From the NCBI GenBank assembly GCA_024231025.1, contig JAAEQW010000274.1, positions 1,615 to 65,614 of the forward strand: a DNA stretch of 64,000 nt, read 5' to 3'. The translations under genes were made by a program, and so were the position numbers. Source of the DNA: Candidatus Omnitrophota bacterium (lineage in GTDB: Bacteria > Omnitrophota > Gorgyraeia > Duberdicusellales > 4484-171). Positions 9,979-19,514 of the stretch are shown here, piece after piece. The notes beneath the pieces are model-generated. The model was not told where the DNA came from. It made no database searches and saw only the letters and a list, made by a program, of their open reading frames with translations. How positions within the stretch are numbered: the stretch's first letter is position 1; each line of letters begins with the position of its first letter.

Positions 9979-10926
9979 ATGAAAGCACTAAGAGATAATT
10001 GGTTAATTCAGATTGAAATTACAAATTCTTGTTTTTTGGAATGCGATAACTGCACCAGGTTCATCGGGCACCATAAAAAACCGTATTTCATGAAATTAGA
10101 AATGATAGAGCAGGCAATTGATTCCTTAGAAGGGTTTAAAGGTGGAATCGGCATTATGGGTGGTGAACCGCTAATGCACCCTGACTTTATTGACATTTGT
10201 AAACTTATACAAAAAAAAGTTCCTCGAGAAAAAAGGTATATTTGGACATCTGGATATAAGTGGAAACATTATCGCTCTATCGTCAGAAAAACTTTTGAAG
10301 AACGAGTATATTACAACGATCATCAGGGCAACGAGCAAAAGCACCAACCAGTGCTTATGGCCATCGAAGACTATTTAAAAGATAGACCTTTCATGAAAGA
10401 ACTAATTGATAAATGCTGGATTCAAGAAAAATGGTCGCCGTCAATTAACCCAAAAGGAGGATTCTTTTGCGAAGTTGCCGCAGCAATGGACATTTTGTTT
10501 GAAGGTCCAGGAGGCTACCCACTAGAAAAAGGATGGTGGGATAAAAGCCCTCAACAATTTCAAGATCAAGTAGAAAGATATTGCTACCGGTGCAGTGCTG
10601 CCTTACCCATGCCCCCAGTTTTTATCAAAAAAGGGATGGATTATGTTTCGTGCAGCAACTACAAACGTCTCAAAGATCTAAAAACGCCAAAATTCGTAAA
10701 AAATCGTGTTGAATGCGTTGAAAGAGAGTACACTAAAGCTCAAATTAATGATTATGCCAAAGATTGGCAGCCATGGTTATATTTGGGAGATGAGCCTCGA
10801 AAGAGTTTTTACGCAATGTACGGTCTTTTTGCGGGTTTTTTGGTAGCTTTTGGCAAAAAAGTTAGAAAAAGGCGAAATAAAATTAAAGAATGCCTTCACC
10901 CATCACAAAAACAATCACGCCCGTGA
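9979..10926 (+). CDS. Radical SAM domain protein.
   Basis: CxxxCxxC motif (CFLECDNC) at residues 18-25, a glycine-rich IGIMGGEP segment and additional C-terminal Cys pairs. Confidence 0.6.
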   Translation: MKALRDNWLIQIEITNSCFLECDNCTRFIGHHKKPYFMKLEMIEQAIDSLEGFKGGIGIMGGEPLMHPDFIDICKLIQKKVPREKRYIWTSGYKWKHYRSIVRKTFEERVYYNDHQGNEQKHQPVLMAIEDYLKDRPFMKELIDKCWIQEKWSPSINPKGGFFCEVAAAMDILFEGPGGYPLEKGWWDKSPQQFQDQVERYCYRCSAALPMPPVFIKKGMDYVSCSNYKRLKDLKTPKFVKNRVECVEREYTKAQINDYAKDWQPWLYLGDEPRKSFYAMYGLFAGFLVAFGKKVRKRRNKIKECLHPSQKQSRP

Positions 10927-11783
10927 AAATAGCCTTAATTTACAATAGAAACCAAAGAGTGAGAATGGGCGAGCGGTGTCAGAAAATATTAAAAAGCTAT
11001 CGACATCAAGAAATTTCACAATTTGATTTAAAGGAAGCCACCCAACTTACAAACGAATTTGACTTATATTTAAGAATTGATGACGGTTCTTACTCTGAAA
11101 GCATCCCCTCTCAATTGCATCCCTATGCTTGGTGGATATCCGATACCCATCTAAAAAAACCATTTAAAAGCATTGTCATCAACAGTCGAAATTGCGATCA
11201 TTTGTTTTGTTGCCAAAAACAAGGTGCTAAAAAATTATCCGCGATTATTAAAAAACAAGTTCACTGGCTTGCGGGAGCAGCTGACGAACTCCCTAATGAT
11301 TTTGAATTTAAATCCGATCGAGATAAAAAATGGGATATATGCTTTATTGGAACAAAAGGAAAATATAGCCTACGAAAAGTTATTTTAGAAAATTTGAAAA
11401 TAAATTATAAAAGCTTTCATATGGGGCGAGCCGAAATTGAAGAGTTAAGTGATTATTACTCTCACGGACGCATTACTGTTAATTATCCCATTAATAATGA
11501 TATTAATTTAAGATTTTTTGAAGCTATGAGCGCAGGCGCTCTAGTGATTACTCATCGAATCATAGATAATGGCTTTGAGGAAATCTTCCGCGACGGTAAG
11601 CATTTAATCGTTGTTGATGATATTTTTCAAGAGTTAAAAGAAAAAATAGATTATTATTTAAAAAATATTGAAGAACGAGAAAAGATTGCTAAAACCGCTT
11701 TTGAGTACATACACAGCCGTCATACTTATCGGCATCGTTTAATAGAAATGTTTAAAATTATGGGTTATAGTTTAGAGCAATGA
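10890..11783 (+). CDS. CgeB-like / DUF3880-type glycosyltransferase family protein.
   Basis: Motifs DICFIGTKG and FFEAMSAGALVIT are typical of CgeB/GT1-like proteins. The gene overlaps the radical SAM gene end by 37 nt. Confidence 0.5.
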   Translation: MPSPITKTITPVKIALIYNRNQRVRMGERCQKILKSYRHQEISQFDLKEATQLTNEFDLYLRIDDGSYSESIPSQLHPYAWWISDTHLKKPFKSIVINSRNCDHLFCCQKQGAKKLSAIIKKQVHWLAGAADELPNDFEFKSDRDKKWDICFIGTKGKYSLRKVILENLKINYKSFHMGRAEIEELSDYYSHGRITVNYPINNDINLRFFEAMSAGALVITHRIIDNGFEEIFRDGKHLIVVDDIFQELKEKIDYYLKNIEEREKIAKTAFEYIHSRHTYRHRLIEMFKIMGYSLEQ

Positions 11784-11938
11784 AAATAAAAATCTACCAC
11801 ATTTCCACTGGATTAGAATCAAAATTCAATCTTTTTTCAAAACCATGGTATTATCGTTCTAAATTTGAAAATTGGTCAATTTTTAGAGTATTTGGGATTT
11901 ATTTCTGGGTTTATCCTCGCCAACACACCCTGCCCTTT

Positions 11939-12682
11939 TTACTTTTCTACTGAAATACCTTTAGGGGTAATCTTGAGGCTTTTTATTGCTCGCCGCATCG
12001 ATGTTAGCGGCGGAATTGGCTTGCCATTAACTTCAACCATTACGGCTGAACCATCACCTATTTTAAATTCTATTTCTTCGGTGCCGCGCCAAGTTTCGAT
12101 AACGCCTTTTCTTAAAACACCTTGGAAAAGAAGTCTTCCGTCTACATTCGCACGTAAAAAACAATCTCTTTTTACGGTTAAAGAAACAACTATTTCTCCT
12201 GAATCAAAATCAGAAACCAATAAAGCTTTTGCTTGCGGTTTCGATTTCTGTGTTGGTATCGAGCTTTGAACCGATTTCTTTTGCGCCGATGAAACAGGTT
12301 TAGGTTTAGACGTAAATATTTTGCCAACACACCCAACCATCCCAATAAAAATACGCAAGACAATCAGTCCCACAACTACATATATAATTACTTTCTTACT
12401 ATAAGAAGGAATAACCGGGCCCTTTAAGCGAAGTTTTTTCTCTGGTGGTGTCTTTTTGGGTGCCGAGAGTTCCTCTAGCGCATTGCCTAAATCAATTCCC
12501 AAAAAACCAGCATATATTTTTATAAAACCTTTTAGATAAGCCGGACATATATTGGAAAAATCACCCGCTTCAATATCCCTAATTACTGAAGGATGCAGTT
12601 TCGTTTTATCAACGATATTTTCAGTACGAAGCCCCAGCGATTTTCTTTTCTCTTTTAATTTTACACATACTTCTTGTATCAT
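11939..12682 (-). CDS. rodZ: RodZ-like cytoskeleton protein: N-terminal XRE-type HTH, a TM segment and a C-terminal DUF4115-like domain.
   Basis: HTH (RKSLGLRTENIVDKTKLHPSVIRDIE), a single TM helix, a basic linker and a beta-rich C-terminal domain. Confidence 0.55.
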   Translation of the reverse strand: MIQEVCVKLKEKRKSLGLRTENIVDKTKLHPSVIRDIEAGDFSNICPAYLKGFIKIYAGFLGIDLGNALEELSAPKKTPPEKKLRLKGPVIPSYSKKVIIYVVVGLIVLRIFIGMVGCVGKIFTSKPKPVSSAQKKSVQSSIPTQKSKPQAKALLVSDFDSGEIVVSLTVKRDCFLRANVDGRLLFQGVLRKGVIETWRGTEEIEFKIGDGSAVMVEVNGKPIPPLTSMRRAIKSLKITPKGISVEK

Positions 12683-12683
12683 T

Positions 12684-14903
12684 TTATTCTATATTTTGTT
12701 CGGCAAAATACTGTTGAGAATCAACCAAAATCTCTCTCGCTTTACTGCCACAAAATTGACCAACGATTCCGGCCTGTTCCATTAAATCTAAGAGTCTCGC
12801 CGCACGAGTATACCCAACCCGCAAGCGACGCTGCAAGATTGATGCGGATGCCTGGTTGGCTGACAAAACAACTTTTACCGCATCATCGAAAAGTTCATCA
12901 CTTCCTACATCAAATTTTCTTCTCTTTTCGACTGTCTCGATTCCTTTTTCATAAACCGGCGCGCCCTGTTCCCTAATAAAAGTCGTCAAATTATCAATAT
13001 CTTCATCATCAATAAAAGCACCCTGGGCTCGAATAAGTTTTGTTGCCCCCGGTTTTAAAAATAAAAGATCTCCCTTGCCAAGAAGTTTCTCTGCACCCAT
13101 TATATCTAATACCGTGCGTGAATCAACCTTAGTTGCCACTTTAAATCCTATTCTTGCCGGAAAATTTGCCTTAATTATGCCAGTAATAACATCTACAGAT
13201 GGACGCTGAGTCGCTAAAACAAGGTGAATCCCAACAGCGCGAGATAGTTGCGCTAGGCGCTGGATTGAAGTTTCAACGCTTTCTCTGGCAACAATCATAA
13301 GATCAGCCAATTCATCAACGACAATAACAATAAAAGACATCCGGTCATTTTTACGACCTTTATTGTAACCGTCAATATTTCTCGCACCAGCTCCAGCTAG
13401 CCTTTTATAACGACGCTCCATTTCTTCTACCGCCCAGCTTAGGGCAACAAAGGCTTTTTTTGCATCTGAAATTATTGGGTGTATCAAGTGTGGAATACCG
13501 CTATAACAAGCAAGTTCAACCATTTTGGGATCAATCATAATAAATTTAACCTCATCGGGACGCGCTTTAAAAAGAATTGATGAAATTAAAGAATTAACAC
13601 ACACTGTTTTCCCTGATCCTGTTGCGCCAGCAATAAGAAGATGCGGCATTTCCTTAAGATTAGCGACAACCGGATTGCCAGACACATCTTTTCCAATTGC
13701 CATTGAAAGTTTTGATTCTGCTTTTTGAAAATTATCCTCTTCTAAAACTTCGCGCATTGAAACAAGGAGTTTCTTATCATTCGGTATTTCGACACCAATT
13801 GTTCCTCTCCCGGCAAGAGGGGCAACAATTCTCACCGAAGCCGCCTTCATTGCCAAGGCAATATCGTCGTGCAATGTAGAAATTTTCTGAATCTTCACCC
13901 CAGCATCAGGCTGCAATTCATACATCGTTACAACCGGACCTTTCTGCACGCTCACCACTTTTGCCTCTACTCCATAATTAGAAAGCGCTTTTTCAAGGTC
14001 TTTAATATTGGCTTCGATATTTTCTTTAGTGCCTTCGGCGTCTTGATGCTCAGGGATTTTTAAAATATCGATTGAAGGAAAACGATAAGTTCTTGGGTCG
14101 AACTGAACTCTATCAGGCTCTTCCAGAGCTTCTATTTTCTTTTTTGCCTCTTCCTGCGTTATAGGCAATGGCGATAGAGCAGCTTTCCTTTTTGTTTTTG
14201 CCAAATCCGGCTTCGAAGGTGTATAAACTTTTATTTCCGGCTTTATCGCTTGTTTTGGTTGTGGCTTTTTGATCTGTATTGGTGATAATGTTTTTTTCTG
14301 TTTAGATTTTACTGGTTTTTCAGATGCCGCTTCTCTTTCTTCTTTCCACTGCTCTATTGTATCCTGCAAATTCGTCCATAAGCGTTGAGTCATATGAAAT
14401 AGATCTACTAAAAACAAACCGAAAAGCAGGAGTGCTGTAATCGCCAAAAGAAAAGTTACAACAATTAAGGAACCGTAAAAATTGAGGTACTTAATAAAAA
14501 GACCGGCAATAAAAAACCCTGCCGCGCCTGATAAATCAAACATTGCGCTAGGTGTTTTTGCAAATATACCGATAAATGCGGAAAGAAATAATAAGAATAA
14601 AAGAAAGGAAATGAAATTAACCAATTTGCTCTTGCCCAGTCCAAAAAAACGAACCACGCCCAGCGCACTCCATCCCAAAAAGAAAAGATAGAATGGTAGA
14701 AAATAAGAGGCATACCCAAATAGAAAGAAAAGCGCAAAGCCAAGATAGGCACCAATCAATCCAATAAAATTATGTAAAACTTTTGGCGAAGGTTGAAAAA
14801 GAAAACTAATATCAGCTGGGGTATAAGAAAACAAACTTAAAAAAATTATCAAAGACAAACCGAAAAACACAGCGGTCTTTAAATAAGAAGATAAGTTTTT
14901 CAT
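12684..14903 (-). CDS. ftsK: DNA translocase FtsK.
   Basis: N-terminal multi-TM region, a proline/lysine-rich linker, a Walker A motif (GATGSGKT) and a C-terminal gamma domain. Confidence 0.9.
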   Translation of the reverse strand: MKNLSSYLKTAVFFGLSLIIFLSLFSYTPADISFLFQPSPKVLHNFIGLIGAYLGFALFFLFGYASYFLPFYLFFLGWSALGVVRFFGLGKSKLVNFISFLLFLLFLSAFIGIFAKTPSAMFDLSGAAGFFIAGLFIKYLNFYGSLIVVTFLLAITALLLFGLFLVDLFHMTQRLWTNLQDTIEQWKEEREAASEKPVKSKQKKTLSPIQIKKPQPKQAIKPEIKVYTPSKPDLAKTKRKAALSPLPITQEEAKKKIEALEEPDRVQFDPRTYRFPSIDILKIPEHQDAEGTKENIEANIKDLEKALSNYGVEAKVVSVQKGPVVTMYELQPDAGVKIQKISTLHDDIALAMKAASVRIVAPLAGRGTIGVEIPNDKKLLVSMREVLEEDNFQKAESKLSMAIGKDVSGNPVVANLKEMPHLLIAGATGSGKTVCVNSLISSILFKARPDEVKFIMIDPKMVELACYSGIPHLIHPIISDAKKAFVALSWAVEEMERRYKRLAGAGARNIDGYNKGRKNDRMSFIVIVVDELADLMIVARESVETSIQRLAQLSRAVGIHLVLATQRPSVDVITGIIKANFPARIGFKVATKVDSRTVLDIMGAEKLLGKGDLLFLKPGATKLIRAQGAFIDDEDIDNLTTFIREQGAPVYEKGIETVEKRRKFDVGSDELFDDAVKVVLSANQASASILQRRLRVGYTRAARLLDLMEQAGIVGQFCGSKAREILVDSQQYFAEQNIE

Positions 14904-14922
14904 AATGAAGGAAGATTGAGGT

Positions 14923-17022
14923 TTATTTCGCTTGCTTGATACTCAGGTTAATTCGTCCCTGATTATCTATTCCGATAACTTTTACAGTTACATCATCGCC
15001 CTCTTTCAGCACTGAGGTAACATCCTTAACATACTCATCAGAAATCTCAGATACATGGACCAATCCGCTCTTGCCAGGAGCAATTTCGCAAAATGCCCCA
15101 AAATTGGCAATTCGAGCAACTTTCGCTTCATAAACGTCTCCCACTTCAATATCTCTAATTAAGGTGAGAATTTGCTTAGTTGCCCGCTCTAGATCTTCAT
15201 CGGTTTGAGCAACCACAAATACTTTTTCAGCTTCATCGTCAATGTCAATGTTAACGTTGTTTTCACTAGATAGCCTGCGAATGTTCTTACCACCCGGTCC
15301 GATAACTGCTCCAATTTTATCCGGATCAATTTTAAAAGACTTTATCTTAGGTGCATATAGAGACAATTTTTCGTTTGGCTTTGAAATAGCCTCGGTCATC
15401 TTGTCTAAAATACTTAACCGCGCCTTTTTGGCACAAGCTAAGGTTTCTTCGATCATTTCATATGTAATACCGTCTATTTTTATATCAAGCTGAACAGCAA
15501 CTATGCCTTGCTTTGTGCCAGCTACTTTAAAATCCATATCACCACAATGATCTTCAACACCAGCAATATCGGTAAGCACCTTGAACTCATCTTTCTGACA
15601 AAAAAGCCCCATTGCAATTCCGGCAACTGGTTCTTTAATCGGCACACCGGCATCCATCAAAGAAAGCGTTGCGGCACATACTGTTGCCATGCTTGAAGAA
15701 CCATTTGATTCCAAAATTTCTGAACAAACTCGTATCGTATAAGGGAACTCTTCTCTGTCAGGCAATACTTTAAAAACTGATTTCTCAGCTAGCGTTCCAT
15801 GGCCAATATCGCGACGCGATGGCCCGCGCATTGGTTTTACCTCGCCCACACTAAAAGGAGGAAAACTGTAGTGCAACATGAAACGTTTTGAGGTTCTTCC
15901 CTCTAAAGACTCAACTGTTTGCGCATCAGATGCCCCACCCAAAGTAACAATGCCAAGAGCTTGAGTCTGGCCCCTTGTGAACACAGCCGACCCATGAGTG
16001 CGCGGCAAAACAGACGTTTCGCAATTAATTTGGCGAATTTCATCTACCCCTCTTCCATCGGGACGCTTGCCGTCTTTGACTATTCGTTCACGGACAAATG
16101 CTTCTTCTATTTCAAAAAAGATACTTTTGATTTCTGATTCAGGTTTTTCTGACTTTATCACTACCGGAGGATTTTCTACCAGCAACAGCCCCTTTAGAAA
16201 ATCTAAATGCTCTTTTGCCTGTGCATCCGCGTCTTCTTTCTTAAAAGATGTTCCATATTTTTCCTTAAGACGAGGTAGTGTTTTTTCCTCTATGAATTTA
16301 ACTAACTCTTCATTTATAATCGGAGCGGCAACTTCCTTTTTAGGCTTTGCGCATTTTTCCTGCAAATCTTTCTGTAGTTTAATTATTTCTTCTATATGCC
16401 CTTTGGCAAATTTTACCGCTTCTAAGACTACGCTCTCTTGAGTTTGGTCGAATCCTCCTTCAAGCATAACGACTCCCTTATCAGAACCAACAACAACCAA
16501 ATCAATTAGGGATTCTTCTCTTTCTTTATATGTTGGGTTTACAACAAAGTCATTGCCACACTTAGCAATTCTAACCGCGGCAATCGGTCCATTAAAAGGG
16601 ATATCCGAAATTAGAAGCGCCGCACTTACCGCATTAATCGCAACTACGTCTGGATCATTTTCTCCATCGCTAGATAGAACAGTTGCCACAACTTGAATTT
16701 CATTTAAAAACCCTTTTGGAAAAAGCGGCCTAATCGGCCGATCAATCAAGCGTGATGTAAGAATTTCGGCATCTTTGGGCCGACCTTCTTTTTTATAAAA
16801 TCCTCCGGGGATCTTACCCATCGCGTAAGTTTTTTCTTGGTAATCTACAAACAAAGGAAAAAATCCAATATCCTTAGGTTCTTTGGACATACAAACAGTA
16901 GCAAGCACCATGCTATCACCTAAAGACATGGTCACACTCCCACTAGCTTGTTTGGCCCAACTACCGCTTGATACAGTTAGCGGGCTCCTTTCTGAATTTG
17001 AAATGGAAAGGGAAACGCTCAT
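14923..17022 (-). CDS. pnp: Polynucleotide phosphorylase.
   Basis: Two RNase PH domains followed by KH and S1 domains, located directly downstream of rpsO (conserved synteny). Confidence 0.95.
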   Translation of the reverse strand: MSVSLSISNSERSPLTVSSGSWAKQASGSVTMSLGDSMVLATVCMSKEPKDIGFFPLFVDYQEKTYAMGKIPGGFYKKEGRPKDAEILTSRLIDRPIRPLFPKGFLNEIQVVATVLSSDGENDPDVVAINAVSAALLISDIPFNGPIAAVRIAKCGNDFVVNPTYKEREESLIDLVVVGSDKGVVMLEGGFDQTQESVVLEAVKFAKGHIEEIIKLQKDLQEKCAKPKKEVAAPIINEELVKFIEEKTLPRLKEKYGTSFKKEDADAQAKEHLDFLKGLLLVENPPVVIKSEKPESEIKSIFFEIEEAFVRERIVKDGKRPDGRGVDEIRQINCETSVLPRTHGSAVFTRGQTQALGIVTLGGASDAQTVESLEGRTSKRFMLHYSFPPFSVGEVKPMRGPSRRDIGHGTLAEKSVFKVLPDREEFPYTIRVCSEILESNGSSSMATVCAATLSLMDAGVPIKEPVAGIAMGLFCQKDEFKVLTDIAGVEDHCGDMDFKVAGTKQGIVAVQLDIKIDGITYEMIEETLACAKKARLSILDKMTEAISKPNEKLSLYAPKIKSFKIDPDKIGAVIGPGGKNIRRLSSENNVNIDIDDEAEKVFVVAQTDEDLERATKQILTLIRDIEVGDVYEAKVARIANFGAFCEIAPGKSGLVHVSEISDEYVKDVTSVLKEGDDVTVKVIGIDNQGRINLSIKQAK

Positions 17023-17023
17023 A

Positions 17024-17290
17024 TTACTTTTTGAGGTTAAGTTCCTTTAAGACCTCGCTGTAGCTTTGCAGATCTTGCTTCTTTAAATAATCAAGCAACC
17101 TACGACGCCTTCCTACAAGCAATAAAAGACCGCGGCGGGTATGAAAATCCTTTTTATGCTTCTTAAGATGCTCGGTTAAATACTTGATCCTCTCCGAAAG
17201 TAAAGCAACCTGAACAGAGGCAGACCCGGTATCTTCCGGATGCTTCTTAAACTTTTCGATGATGTTTTTCTTCCTACTCTTGGCTAACAT
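17024..17290 (-). CDS. rpsO: 30S ribosomal protein S15.
   Basis: 88 aa, with RRGLLLLVGRRRRLLDYLKK typical of S15. Confidence 0.95.
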   Translation of the reverse strand: MLAKSRKKNIIEKFKKHPEDTGSASVQVALLSERIKYLTEHLKKHKKDFHTRRGLLLLVGRRRRLLDYLKKQDLQSYSEVLKELNLKK

Positions 17291-17297
17291 ATCCTAT

Positions 17298-17326
17298 ATA
17301 ATACCTGCTTCACCCCGCTATGTCAA
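17298..17326 (-). promoter_or_regulatory. Sigma-70-like promoter for rpsO. Its -10 element ends only 7 nt before the ATG, suggesting a leaderless or very short-leader transcript.
   Basis: Minus-strand TTGACA (17326-17321), a 17-nt spacer and TATTAT (17303-17298). The ATG is at 17290. Confidence 0.4.
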
Positions 17327-17380
17327 GGGGATATTATTCAGCAAAATAGGTATTTTTTACCTATTTTTGACCAAAAATCC

Positions 17381-17581
17381 TTATTTTTCAAGCTCTTTTA
17401 CGATTTTCTTCACCTGAAGCTCGGTTTTACTAATTTTATCTTGGCATATTTTAATAAGCTCCGCCGCCCTCTTAACCTTGCAAGAGACCTGATCGACATC
17501 TATTTTCTCAGATTCCAGATCTTCCAAAATAAGATTGAGCTCATCCATTGCTTCATTATACTTTAAAATTTTTTTGCTCAT
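17381..17581 (-). CDS. xseB: Exodeoxyribonuclease VII small subunit.
   Basis: 66 aa coiled-coil protein encoded immediately downstream of xseA. Confidence 0.8.
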   Translation of the reverse strand: MSKKILKYNEAMDELNLILEDLESEKIDVDQVSCKVKRAAELIKICQDKISKTELQVKKIVKELEK

Positions 17582-17584
17582 AAA

Positions 17585-18901
17585 CTACTCCTTCTCTTTG
17601 ACTTGCGAAATTAAACTACCGTCACACAACACAATCTTGATCTTATCTCCTCTATTGGCATCATCAATGCTTTTTATTATCTTTTCGTTTTTATAAACGA
17701 TAGAGTACCCCCTTTTTAAGATATTTTTTGGATTAAGCAGCTCTACCCTTTTTTTGATATAATTTAAGTTGTTTTGAGCAAATAATAGCATCTTTTTTAC
17801 ATTTGGCAATAAACTTTTCTCGATGCGTTGCAGATTAACTGCGTAACTCTCTAATTTTTGCAAAAAACTTACTATGACATGTTTTTTCTTTAGAAGGTCT
17901 TCGCGGTGCAGACGAAAATATTCAGGTAACTTAGCATTCATTTCTAAAGCTTTCTCTTTTAGATCGCGCCGACTGTTTTCTAAAAAAGAACCGGCTTGTT
18001 CTTCTATCTGCTGAGTAACATACTCGAGTTGATAGACGCACTCTTTAACTTTTTCCACAAAAAAATCTGCCGCCTTAGTTGGTGTTTTCACAGAAACATT
18101 CGCAACCATATCGGTAATTGTGGTATTTATTTGATGCCCTAAGGCACTGACTAGGGCAAAAGGAAAAAGAGCAACCGCTTCTGCGATTATTTTGTTATCA
18201 AAAAAACTCAAATCACTGGTTGATCCGCCTCCTCTTGTAATAACAACACTATCGAGATCTTCTTTTTTAAGAATATTTAATGCCGAGATGATATCGCCCT
18301 CAACGCAAGCACCCTGCATATGCGAATCACACAACAGCACTTTGAATCCGAAACCGCTCATCTTTAGTTCATTAATAAAATCATGGCAAGCAGCAGATGA
18401 AGCAGAAGTTATTAACCCGATCTTTAAGGGAAGCCTGGGTATTGTTAGAAGTTTATTATTTTCAAAAATTCCTTTTGCCTTTAATTCATTTATTATTCGC
18501 TGACGATTTTGGGCTATTTTTCCTAAAGTATAAACCGGGTCAATGTCGCTAACTATTAATCGGCATTGACCCGATTTACTATAAAAATCAACCCGACAAA
18601 GAAATTTAACCTCAATATCTTCGCGTAGCTTAAAATCTGTTTTACTTTTTTTTATTGTAGCTGCAATTCTGCTCTTTGTATTTTCAAAAATTACCGCCCC
18701 CATCTGCGCCAAAATAGCATCGGAATCGGGATCTTTTTGAACAAGATTAAAAAATATATGTTTTCTGTTTTTCTTGGTTTCATAATCTTGGATCTCACCA
18801 CAAACCCAAACATAGGACGCAAACTCTCCTCTGATTGCTTCCTTAATCGCCTCGTTCATCTGTAAAATTGTGTAAATTTTTTGCATCTGCACGCGCTTCA
18901 A
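17585..18901 (-). CDS. xseA: Exodeoxyribonuclease VII large subunit.
   Basis: N-terminal OB fold followed by the catalytic domain, at a typical XseA length. Confidence 0.85.
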   Translation of the reverse strand: MKRVQMQKIYTILQMNEAIKEAIRGEFASYVWVCGEIQDYETKKNRKHIFFNLVQKDPDSDAILAQMGAVIFENTKSRIAATIKKSKTDFKLREDIEVKFLCRVDFYSKSGQCRLIVSDIDPVYTLGKIAQNRQRIINELKAKGIFENNKLLTIPRLPLKIGLITSASSAACHDFINELKMSGFGFKVLLCDSHMQGACVEGDIISALNILKKEDLDSVVITRGGGSTSDLSFFDNKIIAEAVALFPFALVSALGHQINTTITDMVANVSVKTPTKAADFFVEKVKECVYQLEYVTQQIEEQAGSFLENSRRDLKEKALEMNAKLPEYFRLHREDLLKKKHVIVSFLQKLESYAVNLQRIEKSLLPNVKKMLLFAQNNLNYIKKRVELLNPKNILKRGYSIVYKNEKIIKSIDDANRGDKIKIVLCDGSLISQVKEKE

Positions 18902-18967
18902 TGGTTTACCAAATAAATAGATTTTGTTGTTAGGGTAATTTCTGCGGATGAATATTCTTTGTAGTGC

Positions 18968-19318
18968 TTACAAAGAATCAATGATTTCCATAAGTTCGCC
19001 TAAAATTATTGGCTTTAGAAGATACCTTTCAGCACCTAGTTCTGCTGCGCGTTGTTGAAAATGCTTATTATCATTGCCGGTGATAAAAATTACCCTTGCT
19101 TCTTCATCAATTTTTTTTAACTGTTCAAAAACATCAAGGCCATTTAAATCGGGTAATTTAATGTCGAGAAAAACCGCATCCAGTGAGGCCTCTTTAAAGA
19201 TTTTTATTGCTTGCGCTCCTGTAGCCGCTTTATGCACTTCAACACCTCTTCTTTCTAGGGCACTACTTAAATCTTCTCTCATTGAACTTGCGTCGTCTAC
19301 TAACAATATTCTTTTCAT
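18968..19318 (-). CDS. Single-domain response regulator (CheY-like receiver).
   Basis: LLVDD...D54-equivalent (FLDIKLPDLNG)...K motif pattern. Confidence 0.8.
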   Translation of the reverse strand: MKRILLVDDASSMREDLSSALERRGVEVHKAATGAQAIKIFKEASLDAVFLDIKLPDLNGLDVFEQLKKIDEEARVIFITGNDNKHFQQRAAELGAERYLLKPIILGELMEIIDSL

Positions 19319-19370
19319 TCTTTCCTCCTGGTATAATCTTTAATTTTGTCAAAAATTACAATATACAATA

Positions 19371-19487
19371 CACAAATAACAAACAAATCACAATTCCAAA
19401 TGATCAAACCATCAAACAAAATAAAATAATATTGTTTTGTTCATTGGATTTTTGGTAATTGGACATTGTTTGTGATTTGTAATTTGT
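19371..19487. repeat. Long imperfect palindrome (about 55-nt arms), AT-rich, intergenic.
   Basis: The left arm CACAAATAACAAACAAATCACAATTCCAAATGATCAAACC... is approximately the reverse complement of the right arm ...GGACATTGTTTGTGATTTGTAATTTGT. A similar element occurs at 39859-39982. Confidence 0.5.
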
Positions 19488-19514
19488 AATTTAATATTTA
19501 GTGTTAAAACGTCT

